DNA from: an uncultured Chlamydiae bacterium
GTDB lineage: Bacteria; Chlamydiota; Chlamydiia; Chlamydiales; JAJFMA01
Length of the DNA stretch: 64,000 nucleotides
Direction of reading: 5' to 3'
Assembly: GCA_963713615.1 (NCBI GenBank)
Contig: CAVQMM010000001.1
Coordinates: 1,952,001-2,016,000, forward strand
Shown: in pieces, positions 10,102 through 18,822 of the stretch
How the letters are laid out: each line of letters begins with the position of its first letter
How positions within the stretch are numbered: the stretch's first letter is position 1
Notes under the pieces: model-generated
Database searches by the model: none
Seen by the model: only the letters and a program-made list of their open reading frames with translations
What the model was told of the DNA's origin: nothing
Made by a program: the position numbers and the translations under genes

Positions 10102-10490
10102 AAAACCCGTGGTGCTCCTACTCGGATCGACCGGTCAACTGGGCTCACTGATTGCCAGACAACTTAAAGATCAACCCTCAATACACTTAAGGGTCACATC
10201 AAGAAAACAATCACAACTGCACGATCTTTCAAAACAGTATGGCGATGCTGTTTTCCTGGATTTTGATGACTCGAAATCCATTCAGGAGGCCTTTGCAGGC
10301 GTTGATCGTTTGTCTTGCTGACAGGCTATAGTTTTTCTATGGTGATACAATCCAAAATCATTGTGGAGGGACCCGACATTCATCATGGTAAAGACTATTG
10401 GTTTTCTACTGAATCCTTGAACGTATCAAAGCTAGCCGAAATTTTATCCGAGGTCACGGGAAGGAAGTTTACACCCGATCCAAAATCATC
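10094..10490 (+). pseudogene. NmrA-like NAD(P)-binding protein, frameshifted and internally deleted
   Basis: GSTGQLG Rossmann start and GVDRL continue in another frame as LLTGYSFSMVIQSK, then jump straight to the C-terminal EGP..HHGKDYWFSTESL...LSEVTGR. Confidence 0.75.
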
Positions 10491-10558
10491 GGGAATCACA
10501 ATCGTCACTCGGCGTGAAGCGCTTTGGAGCCCCAACCGACTGCGTCGCCAATATCCGA

Positions 10559-10757
10559 AAGTAACAAAGCCTCCTATGTGGCGCAGTCATTCCATGACAT
10601 TCCATGACTGCGGACCAATCCGTTGCAATTGTGGAGACGTGTAAAACAAACGCCCCAGCAAACAGAAGCTGTTTCAACCGTTCTCGCAGTCATGGAATGC
10701 CATGGAATGACTGCGCCACATAGGAAATTGCGCCAGCCAACCTTTTGAGTTACTTGG
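10559..10757. repeat. Palindromic repeat, partial copy of the family at 23067-23359
   Basis: Shares CCTATGTGGCGCAGTCATTCCATG and CACATAGGAAATTGCGCCAGCCAACCTTTTGAGTTACT with 23067-23359. Confidence 0.8.
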
Positions 10758-10826
10758 GTCTGAAATAGTATGTGAACCGTCTAAAATGATAACGGACACT
10801 TCCCTTTAGGGAAAGTGTCCGATAAT

Positions 10827-10910
10827 TGCCGAGGGTCGGACTCGAACCGACACCCTGTTGCCAAGAATAGATTTTGAGTCTATCGCGTCTACCGATTTCG
10901 CCACCTCGGC
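10827..10910 (-). tRNA. tRNA-Leu(CAA)
   Basis: GCCGAGGTGGCGAAATCGGTAGACGCG-ATAGA CTCAAAA TCTAT-long variable arm-GTCGGTTCGAGTCCGAC-CCTCGGCA. The CCA end is not encoded. Confidence 0.95.
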
Positions 10911-11578
10911 GTGGTGATATGCAAGACTATAAAGAAAACGCTCTTTTTCAGCGATGCAAAAATTCGCATCGACAACGCAGATAGCCATTAAACCTCTTAT
11001 AATCGCTTCTCGGGCCGCAGCGTGTCGCTCTTGGATGGACATAAGGACCAAAACGACGAAAAGGACTCAGGAGGCATAATTCTGTACCCTATGATTTGAA
11101 GCAAACGGCAAAAAACATGATAAATGGGATATGTCTGATATACATGATAAAGGAAAAGAGAATCATTTGGTTCTTGGCAGGAATTGGCGAAGATGAGCTG
11201 CGTTGGCAGATGCTAGGTTTCGAGAGTGCAGGAATGCCTTTAGAAATATATAAGAAACAACAGGGAATCCTCCCCTACTATGGTGAAAGGCCGCTTGCCA
11301 TGCTGACTTCTAAGGAACGTGAGGAATGGCATAAGGTTACCTTGAAGGATGGGCACATGACGCGCCATGACAGACCCTATGATTCCTCATATGACAAAAC
11401 GGCCTTGTTCACCTTTACGGTCAGAATTTCGGTCGGACGAAAAAGGTCGGATGTCGTGGTTTGTGACGAGGGCATAGCGCCAGCTATGTCCGAGGAGCAA
11501 AACGCGACAGACGATCCTTTTGCAGTCGACCGAAAACTGACCGCAAAGGTGAATAAGGCCGACAAAACACCCTCCAGA

Positions 11579-12688
11579 TTAGTCGTTAAAAAACGATCGA
11601 AACATCCACTCCAACGATGCGTTCACGACTTGCTGATCAACCGTTGTGCAGTAACTACCTTTAAACGGCAATGACTCGCCAATACCACCAATCATCACAA
11701 ACCGTGGCAGGCTCTTCGTCGATTTCTTATCGAGAATCATGGCATCGCTCGTCGCTAGTGATGTCATCCCTGTAGGCAGTTTCAGAGGCAATTGATACTG
11801 TCGAAGCACATCGTGGATACGTCTAAAAGAAGTTTCATCCAGATAACCCAGCTGCACAGCCATGTGGGCTTCCACCAACAATCCCAAAGCGACTGCTTCG
11901 CCATGCGCCAACGAGTACTCCGATAGCAACTCCAGGGCATGCCCCACAGTATGTCCAAAGTTCAGAAGGCGACGCATCCCTTGCTCTTTCTCATCTTGCT
12001 CAACAATCGTTTTCTTGATGGCACAGCTATCAAAAATGGCCTTAGCTAAAAGTTCTTCATCACCAGCCAAAAGTTCCTCCGCATGCTGTGCCAAAAACTC
12101 AAAGTGCTGGTAATCGGTGATGCATCCGTGCTTGATCATCTCCACAAAGCCGTTTCGAAGCTCGTTAATCGATAGGGTCTTCAAAACGATTGGATCTATC
12201 AACACCTTTCTGGGTTGATAGATGCTTCCCACGAGGTTTTTACCATAGGGAACATCAACACCTACCTTACCACCAATGCTAGCATCCACCATGGCTAGCA
12301 GAGACGTCGGGGCCATAATTAAGGGTACCCCTCGGCAATACGTTGCCGCTATATACCCTCCCATATCGGTCACGACGCCACCACCCAAAGCAATCACACA
12401 GGTATCTCGTCCCAGTCCCTGCTTAAACATCTGATCTTCCAAAAATGCCTTGGTCTCGCGTGTCTTATGTCGTTCTCCACTTGGAAACGTGAATAGCCAC
12501 GCCTGCCAGCCATGGTCAACAAGCATCGCTTGTAGCTGAAGGGCATGTAACGGACCCACTATGCTATCACTAATGATCACAAAGCGGCTGCCGCAATTTT
12601 CAAAACAGGCACGCTCCGACAATACTCCACTACGGATCTCAATATCGTACGCAACAGCAGGTTGCGAAATCTCACACGTCAGCTTCAT
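11579..12688 (-). CDS. aroB: 3-dehydroquinate synthase
   Basis: GGGVVTDMGG, PTSLLAMVDASIGGK, LLNFGHTVGHALE and HGEAVA. ATGA overlap with the aroC stop. Confidence 0.97.
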   Translation of the reverse strand: MKLTCEISQPAVAYDIEIRSGVLSERACFENCGSRFVIISDSIVGPLHALQLQAMLVDHGWQAWLFTFPSGERHKTRETKAFLEDQMFKQGLGRDTCVIALGGGVVTDMGGYIAATYCRGVPLIMAPTSLLAMVDASIGGKVGVDVPYGKNLVGSIYQPRKVLIDPIVLKTLSINELRNGFVEMIKHGCITDYQHFEFLAQHAEELLAGDEELLAKAIFDSCAIKKTIVEQDEKEQGMRRLLNFGHTVGHALELLSEYSLAHGEAVALGLLVEAHMAVQLGYLDETSFRRIHDVLRQYQLPLKLPTGMTSLATSDAMILDKKSTKSLPRFVMIGGIGESLPFKGSYCTTVDQQVVNASLEWMFRSFFND

Positions 12689-13776
12689 AGTCGCACACAT
12701 CGATTGTAAAGGTATGCGTCAACAAGCACCAAAGCAACCATAGCTTCGACAATCGGGACGGCACGTATGGCAACGCAAGGATCATGACGCGAACCTACAG
12801 GCAGCTGAAAGGCTGCAGCTTCTCCCGAAGTGGTGACAGTCTGCTGCTGCTTCATAATGCTGGATGTAGGCTTAAAAGCGACTCGTCCTACCAATGGCAT
12901 TCCTGTCGAAATCCCACCAAGAGTCCCACCAGCATAGTTGGTATGCGTCTTAATTTCCCCACCCTCTTCGGTAAAGACATCGTTGTGCTGAGATCCTGGC
13001 ATGGTCACAGCACGGAAACCAGAGCCCATCTCAAACCCCTTAGTAGCAGGTAGCGACATCATCGCATGGGCTAGGCTGGCTTCCAGCTTGTCGTAGATGG
13101 GGTCTCCGAGGCCCACAGGTAATCCTGCCGCAGAAAACTCGATGACACCACCAAGAGAATCTCCTTCAGCCTTGGCCTTCTCTATCAACGCTGCCATAGC
13201 GGCAGTCCCTTGTTCATCTGGACAAAACAATGGGCTCCGATAGGTAGCGTCTCGGAGGTCGCCAGGCGGAATGTGCTCAACGTTGGCCTCGATGACCCCT
13301 ATTTGCTTAATGTATGCTGTGATCTCAATACCCACGCGGTGCAGTAGCTTGATGGCGATAGCACCAGCAGCCACGCGCCCTACCGTTTCACGTGCCGAAG
13401 AACGTCCACCGCCTCGATAGTCAAAAATGCCATACTTCTCCAAATAGGTAAAGTTGGCATGACCAGGCCTCAAGAGGTCTTTAATCGGCTCATATTTGCT
13501 GGAGTCAGCGTCCTTATTACGCACGACGATGCAAATGGGAGCGCCTGTAGTACGTCCCTCAAAGACGCCTGAAAGGATTTCAGCCTTGTCAGACTCTTGC
13601 CGAGGGGTGGTATACGGATTACGTCCAGGAGCTCGCAGCGCCAAGGCAGCATTGATCTCACTGTCATCGATCTCTAGGCCTGCAGGACAGCCATCGATGA
13701 CCACTCCAACGGCTTTTCCATGAGATTCTCCCCAGGTAGTTATCCTAAAGATCCGTCCAAACGCGTTGCTAGCCAT
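12685..13776 (-). CDS. aroC: Chorismate synthase
   Basis: GESHG, RPGHA, GGGRSSARET and GSRHDPC signatures. Confidence 0.98.
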   Translation of the reverse strand: MASNAFGRIFRITTWGESHGKAVGVVIDGCPAGLEIDDSEINAALALRAPGRNPYTTPRQESDKAEILSGVFEGRTTGAPICIVVRNKDADSSKYEPIKDLLRPGHANFTYLEKYGIFDYRGGGRSSARETVGRVAAGAIAIKLLHRVGIEITAYIKQIGVIEANVEHIPPGDLRDATYRSPLFCPDEQGTAAMAALIEKAKAEGDSLGGVIEFSAAGLPVGLGDPIYDKLEASLAHAMMSLPATKGFEMGSGFRAVTMPGSQHNDVFTEEGGEIKTHTNYAGGTLGGISTGMPLVGRVAFKPTSSIMKQQQTVTTSGEAAAFQLPVGSRHDPCVAIRAVPIVEAMVALVLVDAYLYNRCVRL

Positions 13777-14299
13777 GCTCTAACCTACGTACAATTTCGG
13801 ATACGATTTGCTCCTGGCTTAAATTGCTAACTTCTAAGGTTACATTTGCCACAGATTCATAGGTGGCTTGTCGTTGTTCAGCTAACTCATAAAAGGCCTT
13901 TTCAGGATCCCCAAGATCCAGATCCAGATATGAAGGTGTTTCGCGCTGTTTCACGCGCTCCCAAAGCACCTTAGGGTCAGCCTTGAGGTAGATCAGGCAT
14001 CCTTCTCGTCTTAGCACTGCGAGATTTACGGGATTAAGCAGTGTGCCTCCGCCTACAGCGATGATAGTCGGTGGCTCGAGTTTCAGTTGGAGGATCTGCT
14101 GTTTTTCTAAGATGCGAAAATAGTCAGCTCCTTCCTTCAGGCTAATCTGACGACAGGTGCACGCCAATCCCGTCTTGGCAGTGTAAGCGGCTTCGATGAG
14201 CGCGTCAGTATCGATGAGTTTCCATCCCCACAACTCGGCGATCTTCTTGGCCACGGTGGTCTTACCGCTTCCAGGCATGCCGCATAAAATCAAATTCAT
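13769..14299 (-). CDS. aroK: Shikimate kinase
   Basis: GMPGSGKTT P-loop, DTD and GGG motifs, plus operon context. Confidence 0.93.
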   Translation of the reverse strand: MNLILCGMPGSGKTTVAKKIAELWGWKLIDTDALIEAAYTAKTGLACTCRQISLKEGADYFRILEKQQILQLKLEPPTIIAVGGGTLLNPVNLAVLRREGCLIYLKADPKVLWERVKQRETPSYLDLDLGDPEKAFYELAEQRQATYESVANVTLEVSNLSQEQIVSEIVRRLEHG

Positions 14300-15585
14300 A
14301 GTGTCTCCTTAATATTAGCTCCAAGAGCATTAAAATCGTGCAAAAAGGTCGGAAAGGTCTTTGCCACACACTCGACAGGTCCAATCGTTGTCTGTCCTTG
14401 CGCACCTAGGCCAGCCACGGTCAAAGACATGACCATGCGATGATCATGATAGGAATGTACTTGCGTACCTTTTAAAGCGGACTTCCTGATGCGTAACCCA
14501 TCTTCCAGCTCGACGACATCAGCACCCATTTTGCGCAGTTCGGTGGCTATACATTGAATGCGATTGCACTCCTTTTGCCTGGCCACTGCAGCATTATAAA
14601 TATGTGTCTCGCCTTCCGCATAACAGGCGACTACAGCCAGAATCGTAATGGCATCAACAAAGTCATTGATATCAACGGCAATGCCGCGAAGAACTTGATT
14701 GGCTGGAATATGCAAAGTACGTTGGTTAGCATCAATCTCAATCGATGCTCCCATGCGCTGAAAAACGTTGATGAGTTCCTTGTCACCTTGCGTATCGCTC
14801 ATATCCACATTGCGAAGTGTGAGCGCTGAGCCCGTTACAAGGGCTGCTGCAAGCGGAAAAGCCACTGAGCTGAGGTCGCCAGGAACAGGGTAATCAAACC
14901 CGGCAACGTGGGCATTGCCGCGCATACGATAGTGTCGATAGTCTTGGTGTTCATAGGGGATTCCCAGTCGATCAAACCAATCTAAAGTCAGCGCAACCCA
15001 AGGTTTTTCGCCGGGGTTGGGCACCAAGAGATCAATAGGTCCTTGGGCAAAGGCTGCAGCAATCAATAGTGAAGAGACTGGCTGGGAGTCTTCACCTTCA
15101 ACTTGAGTGCTTCCGGCCTTCAGGGGTCCCTGGATAATAATCGGAGCAAAACCATCGCCACGGGTAGATATGGCTGATACACCCAGTTGAGCGAGGCCAT
15201 CGAGCAAGGGCTTCATCGGCCTTTGATGCCGAATGGAGTAGTCGCCCGTAATCACGATAGGTCGGTCCGCCAAAGCGGCTATAGCCGCACAGAAACGCAA
15301 TACGATACCCGAATTGCCAGCGTTGATGACATCTTCGGCATACTGAATCCGGCCACCTACCCCACCGATGTTAATCTGGTCTGGCAAGACCTCCAAGGTG
15401 GCCCCTAGCAAACGGCAGGCTTCGATCATCGCGCGGGCATCAGGCGAATCCAGGTAGTTGCATATTGTCGTCTTCCCCGTTGCCAAAGCGCCAAAGAGAA
15501 TAGCTCGCAAAGTATGCGACTTGGATGGCGGCACAAGGATGTCCCCATGCAATGTGGCTTTATTGACCAAGTATTGACTCATCAT
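14296..15585 (-). CDS. aroA: EPSP synthase
   Basis: PPSKSHTLR, GNSG, RPM, DSQPVS, RQKECNRI and DHRM. AAGGAG RBS before ATG 15585. Confidence 0.97.
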   Translation of the reverse strand: MMSQYLVNKATLHGDILVPPSKSHTLRAILFGALATGKTTICNYLDSPDARAMIEACRLLGATLEVLPDQINIGGVGGRIQYAEDVINAGNSGIVLRFCAAIAALADRPIVITGDYSIRHQRPMKPLLDGLAQLGVSAISTRGDGFAPIIIQGPLKAGSTQVEGEDSQPVSSLLIAAAFAQGPIDLLVPNPGEKPWVALTLDWFDRLGIPYEHQDYRHYRMRGNAHVAGFDYPVPGDLSSVAFPLAAALVTGSALTLRNVDMSDTQGDKELINVFQRMGASIEIDANQRTLHIPANQVLRGIAVDINDFVDAITILAVVACYAEGETHIYNAAVARQKECNRIQCIATELRKMGADVVELEDGLRIRKSALKGTQVHSYHDHRMVMSLTVAGLGAQGQTTIGPVECVAKTFPTFLHDFNALGANIKETL

Positions 15586-16639
15586 GAAGCTCCTTATCAA
15601 TCGTTAGCTGATCAATTAAACAGTCAAGGTAACTGCGTATGAACTTCTGATTGAACATTTCAATTTCCGCCCGCATCTCCCTATTTCCATGTGCCAAACG
15701 CGTAAACGAATGAAAGCCAGGGCCTGCCATTTCTAGACTGGCTGGATCTGCTGCCTGCACTAACCGCCAAACGCTTTTCGACAGAATGCCAGGAATGTGC
15801 GATACCAGAGCAGCGCGTTGATCGTGTACATCTGCATCGAGATCAAGCGGTTCAGCGCCCAAAAATCGAATAAACGCCTTTGTCTGCTGTAGCGCCTGAA
15901 TACAGTTTTTGCCATGGGGTACGACGACCCAGGGTCTTCCGACAAAAAGCGTCGCCTGGCCATTGGCAAAACCGCGCTTTTCTGTTCCTGCCATCGGATG
16001 CGTCCCCACAAACTCTACGCGAGCGTCCGATAGCTTTTCAAAAGCCTCCACAATGTTTTCCTTCACGCTAGCAATGTCGATCACGAGCAGCTTCCGAGCG
16101 TTGTAGCGATGCCGCTGAATCTCTTCTGCCAGGGGCACCACGGAAGAAATGGGACTAGCCAGGATAATCACCTCAGAGTATTCCATCAGCTCTACAAGAG
16201 TGTCGCAAGACCTGTCTATGCAACCATTCTCGATTGCCAGAACATAATCCTCCGAAGAGTGCACCATAGTGGCTATTTCAATCGTTGGATCCTTCAACTT
16301 AATGGCTTTGCAAATGGATCCTCCCATCAAGCCTAGCCCAATGATGCCTACTCGCCTAAAGGGGCTTGCGGGATATTTGAAAAACTGCTGACTTATTTTG
16401 GACCCTTCTATGATGGCTTGAAAGATTATGCCGATGCTCTCCTTAAGCACAGGATGCTGCACCTGCATCTCTGCACGCTCCACAATCGTTCCTTCGCGTC
16501 CTTTGTCCGTTAAGGGAAGGTTGTGTTGGTATTTGACTTGGCCGATCTGACCCACCATGGTCATTCTTTCATCCAATAACGAGGTAATTTGAGCATCAAT
16601 TTGATCCAGGCGATCACGCAATGACGTTAAGTTTTCCAT
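15560..16639 (-). CDS. tyrA: Bifunctional chorismate mutase (AroQ) / prephenate dehydrogenase
   Basis: N-terminal LRDRLDQIDAQITSLLDERM...IGQVK...D.GRE is the mutase domain. It is followed by GLGLMGGS, DIASVK, HPMAGTE and HDQ...SHIP. Start at 16639 after a GCAGGA RBS. Confidence 0.92.
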   Translation of the reverse strand: MENLTSLRDRLDQIDAQITSLLDERMTMVGQIGQVKYQHNLPLTDKGREGTIVERAEMQVQHPVLKESIGIIFQAIIEGSKISQQFFKYPASPFRRVGIIGLGLMGGSICKAIKLKDPTIEIATMVHSSEDYVLAIENGCIDRSCDTLVELMEYSEVIILASPISSVVPLAEEIQRHRYNARKLLVIDIASVKENIVEAFEKLSDARVEFVGTHPMAGTEKRGFANGQATLFVGRPWVVVPHGKNCIQALQQTKAFIRFLGAEPLDLDADVHDQRAALVSHIPGILSKSVWRLVQAADPASLEMAGPGFHSFTRLAHGNREMRAEIEMFNQKFIRSYLDCLIDQLTIDKELHDESILGQ

Positions 16640-17451
16640 AATATTCCTGCTTTGTAAAGTCCTAATATTCTTATTGTTTGACCAAGAGTAGCCAATTCGG
16701 CATGACCGCACTGGGTCATGTCGTCTGTAAACTCGAAGTCCACGTAAAACACATATTCAAATGGCTGACCGCGTAAGGGGCGCGACTCCATCTTCATGAG
16801 ATTGAAGCCTTGACTGCTAAAGCGGTTCAACACGGCGGCTAGTGCTCCGGGAACATGCTCCAAACGCAAGGATAAGGAACACTTACTGGCGCCAGGAACA
16901 ACGACCCTTTCCTTAGATACGATCACGAACCGCGTATAGTTGCTTGGATCGTCCTCAATCCCTCGCTGCAATCCCGACAGCCCATAGATCTCACCCGCCG
17001 ATGCACTGGCAATAGCGGCATAGGCAGGGTCTCCTGAAGCAGAAACAGATGCTGCCGCCGCGGCAGTATCGCTATGCGCGATACCTTGCATCCAAGGATG
17101 CTTTTCGAAGAATGCTAAGCATTGCTCCAAGGCTTTGGGATGCGAAAACACAGTCTTAACATCCTTTAAAGTGGCATGAGGCATCCCAAGCAGACAGTGG
17201 TCAACCTTAAGAAAATGCTCTTCAACAATAGTGAACTGATGCTGCTCCAGGAGGTCATAATTTTCATAAATTGACCCCACTAAGCTATTTTCAATAGGAA
17301 CAGCAGCATAGTCAGCCTCACCATCCTCAAGCCGCTGAAACACTTCTCGGAATGTCTTGGCGCTCACAAAATGGTTGTCTTGGCCGGAACTTTTCACAGC
17401 AGCTAAATAGCTAAATGAGCCTCTCAGCCCTAGATGTGCGATCGTCTTCAT
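16627..17451 (-). CDS. pheA: Prephenate dehydratase with ACT domain
   Basis: GSFS, VPIENSLVGSI, SHPKALEQC, NYTRF and ESRP. ATGA overlap with the DAHP synthase stop. Confidence 0.95.
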   Translation of the reverse strand: MKTIAHLGLRGSFSYLAAVKSSGQDNHFVSAKTFREVFQRLEDGEADYAAVPIENSLVGSIYENYDLLEQHQFTIVEEHFLKVDHCLLGMPHATLKDVKTVFSHPKALEQCLAFFEKHPWMQGIAHSDTAAAAASVSASGDPAYAAIASASAGEIYGLSGLQRGIEDDPSNYTRFVIVSKERVVVPGASKCSLSLRLEHVPGALAAVLNRFSSQGFNLMKMESRPLRGQPFEYVFYVDFEFTDDMTQCGHAELATLGQTIRILGLYKAGILWKT

Positions 17452-18254
17452 GCGATGTCCCATTGGTATTTGGGTCCCTGAGTAATCCTCAACAGCTCTT
17501 TGAATTGTTCAGGAGAGAGCTGCTGCTTCGCATCCGTCTTAGCCTTCTGGGGCTCGCTATGCATTTCCACCAAGCAACCATCGAAGTCATAAGCCGCTGA
17601 CGCCGCCATCACATCGAGGACATTTTCCGGTGACCCACCAATATGAGAGGGATCCAACAACATGGGGATACCCGTCTGCTGCTTCACTCGCATAGCCATG
17701 TCGAAATCGGGCAGATTGCGAAAGCCCTTAGGGTTCGGCTGTTTGCCCGGGCAGAAACCGCGGTGGCAGGTCATCAGACGTTCCTGCGGGAATCCAGCCG
17801 CCAGAAGGTGCTCGTAGATACCTAGCCAATGCCGCTCATCATCCCACATCTGGTTCTTGAACATCAGAGTGATGCCTTTGGGGCCTGCGGCAAGAATCTG
17901 AGCAATACGCCTCTGTTCGATATGGTTTTGGTTGCGCGATCCCAGCCACACCAGCATGCGCGCATCGCGTCCATAATGTTCCAAAGCTTGCACGATCATG
18001 TGAGCGTGCTCGACGCTGATGATCTCCGTGGCTGGGGTCATGCCATGAGCAAGCGTCTCTTCCAATAAAAGTGGAAGGCTCATCCATCCGAGTCCCTCCC
18101 AACCCGGCTGTGTGCGCGGTTTCCATAAGGAGGCTCGTATCATGGTGACGCCCAGCTGCTTTAAAATTCGCGCACACTCTCTTAGCTGGTGCCGAGATTC
18201 CAAAGCACATGGGCCCGCAATGACCCATTTGCCGATATTTGTCTGTTTAAGCAT
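17448..18254 (-). CDS. DAHP synthase, class I-beta, stand-alone catalytic barrel
   Basis: IAGPCALES, WKPRT, GSRNQN, CHRG, DPSH and KTDAKQQ. It is 268 aa with no N- or C-terminal regulatory domain. AAAGGA RBS. Confidence 0.88.
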   Translation of the reverse strand: MLKQTNIGKWVIAGPCALESRHQLRECARILKQLGVTMIRASLWKPRTQPGWEGLGWMSLPLLLEETLAHGMTPATEIISVEHAHMIVQALEHYGRDARMLVWLGSRNQNHIEQRRIAQILAAGPKGITLMFKNQMWDDERHWLGIYEHLLAAGFPQERLMTCHRGFCPGKQPNPKGFRNLPDFDMAMRVKQQTGIPMLLDPSHIGGSPENVLDVMAASAAYDFDGCLVEMHSEPQKAKTDAKQQLSPEQFKELLRITQGPKYQWDIA

Positions 18255-18289
18255 TTTTCAAATCCTTTCTTTTTTTGATTTTGGACAAT

Positions 18290-18315
18290 AAAAAACCCCG
18301 CCTTAGGCGGGGTTT
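18290..18315 (-). terminator. Attenuator terminator 2, next to the DAHP synthase gene
   Basis: Minus strand AAACCCCGCC-TAA-GGCGGGGTTTTTT, ending about 35 nt before the first start codon of the operon. Confidence 0.9.
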
Positions 18316-18350
18316 GCGTTTGGGTTAGCCTTATTTTTATGCTAACGACA

Positions 18351-18464
18351 TCACAACTCCCGCCATGGGTGTGGAGTAAAAAAGTAATAATAAAAGTAGA
18401 AGCTGCAGCCTTGGACAGAAGCCCTAAACTCGATGGCAGGATTGTGACTGTCTGAATGATACAT
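18351..18464 (-). CDS. Leader peptide 2 of the aro operon (37 aa): MYHSDSHNPAIEFRASVQGCSFYFYYYFFTPHPWREL
   Basis: Eight consecutive Phe/Tyr codons (TTC TAC TTT TAT TAT TAC TTT TTT), then a Trp codon. The stop lies 36 nt before terminator 2. Confidence 0.85.
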   Translation of the reverse strand: MYHSDSHNPAIEFRASVQGCSFYFYYYFFTPHPWREL

Positions 18465-18503
18465 TTTATTTTATTCCACTAAAAACTGGTTCGGATTCGG
18501 ACC

Positions 18504-18536
18504 AAAAAAAAGCCCCGCTTGTGGCGGGGCTTTTTT
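18504..18536 (-). terminator. Attenuator terminator 1, nearer the promoter
   Basis: Minus strand AAAAAAGCCCCGC-CACAA-GCGGGGCTTTTTTTT. Confidence 0.9.
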
Positions 18537-18564
18537 GATCACTTGTTAAAGTTTATTACAAGCG

Positions 18565-18636
18565 TCAGCTAGCCTCACACCACTTAGGTGCCTTCATAAA
18601 GTAATAGAAGTAGGCAAAAGCTAACAAATGACGCAC
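18565..18636 (-). CDS. Leader peptide 1 of the aro operon (23 aa): MRHLLAFAYFYYFMKAPKWCEAS
   Basis: GTG start 9 nt after AAGGA. Six Phe/Tyr codons within seven positions, then a Trp codon. The stop lies 28 nt before terminator 1. Confidence 0.8.
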   Translation of the reverse strand: MRHLLAFAYFYYFMKAPKWCEAS

Positions 18637-18665
18637 TGTAACGCATCCTTTATTTATTTAACCTA

Positions 18666-18695
18666 ATTTTAAATTAATTAGCTATTTTTTTGCAA
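18666..18695 (-). promoter_or_regulatory. Putative sigma66/sigma70 promoter of the aro leader
   Basis: TTGCAA-N18-TAAAAT on the minus strand, about 30 nt upstream of the leader-1 GTG. Confidence 0.55.
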
Positions 18696-18719
18696 GGACT
18701 TTAAGCTTACCCTAGAGGG

Positions 18720-18822
18720 CTTAATGTCCATTTCTGTCCATAGTGTCCATGCTGTCCATTAATGTCCATTCTAGCCCCAGTATAAATGGACTTTATGGAC
18801 AATAATGGACTCCATGGACAGA
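18720..18822. repeat. GTCCAT/ATGGAC micro-repeat palindrome
   Basis: Four TGTCCAT-type units 9 nt apart face ATGGAC units. A near-identical copy lies at about 62351-62460, with remnants at about 21630, 43910 and 44695. Confidence 0.8.

Noticed and set aside
11096..11674. 192-aa ORF between tRNA-Leu and aroB
   Set aside because: It has a TTG start without an RBS, overlaps the 3' end of aroB and looks patchwork. The LTSKEREEWHKVTLKDG part may be a gene remnant, but I cannot assign it.
18584..18646. Alternative leader ORF MRYSASFVSFCLLLLLYEGT with five Leu codons
   Set aside because: Its ATG overlaps the AAGGA site, so there is no RBS spacing. The Leu run is the shifted reading of the Phe/Tyr codons, and Leu sensing does not fit the operon.
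18255..18660. T-box riboswitch interpretation of the aro leader
   Set aside because: There is no AAnnnAGGTGGTACC(G/A)CG T-box motif or long stem I. The leader ORFs explain the sequence better.
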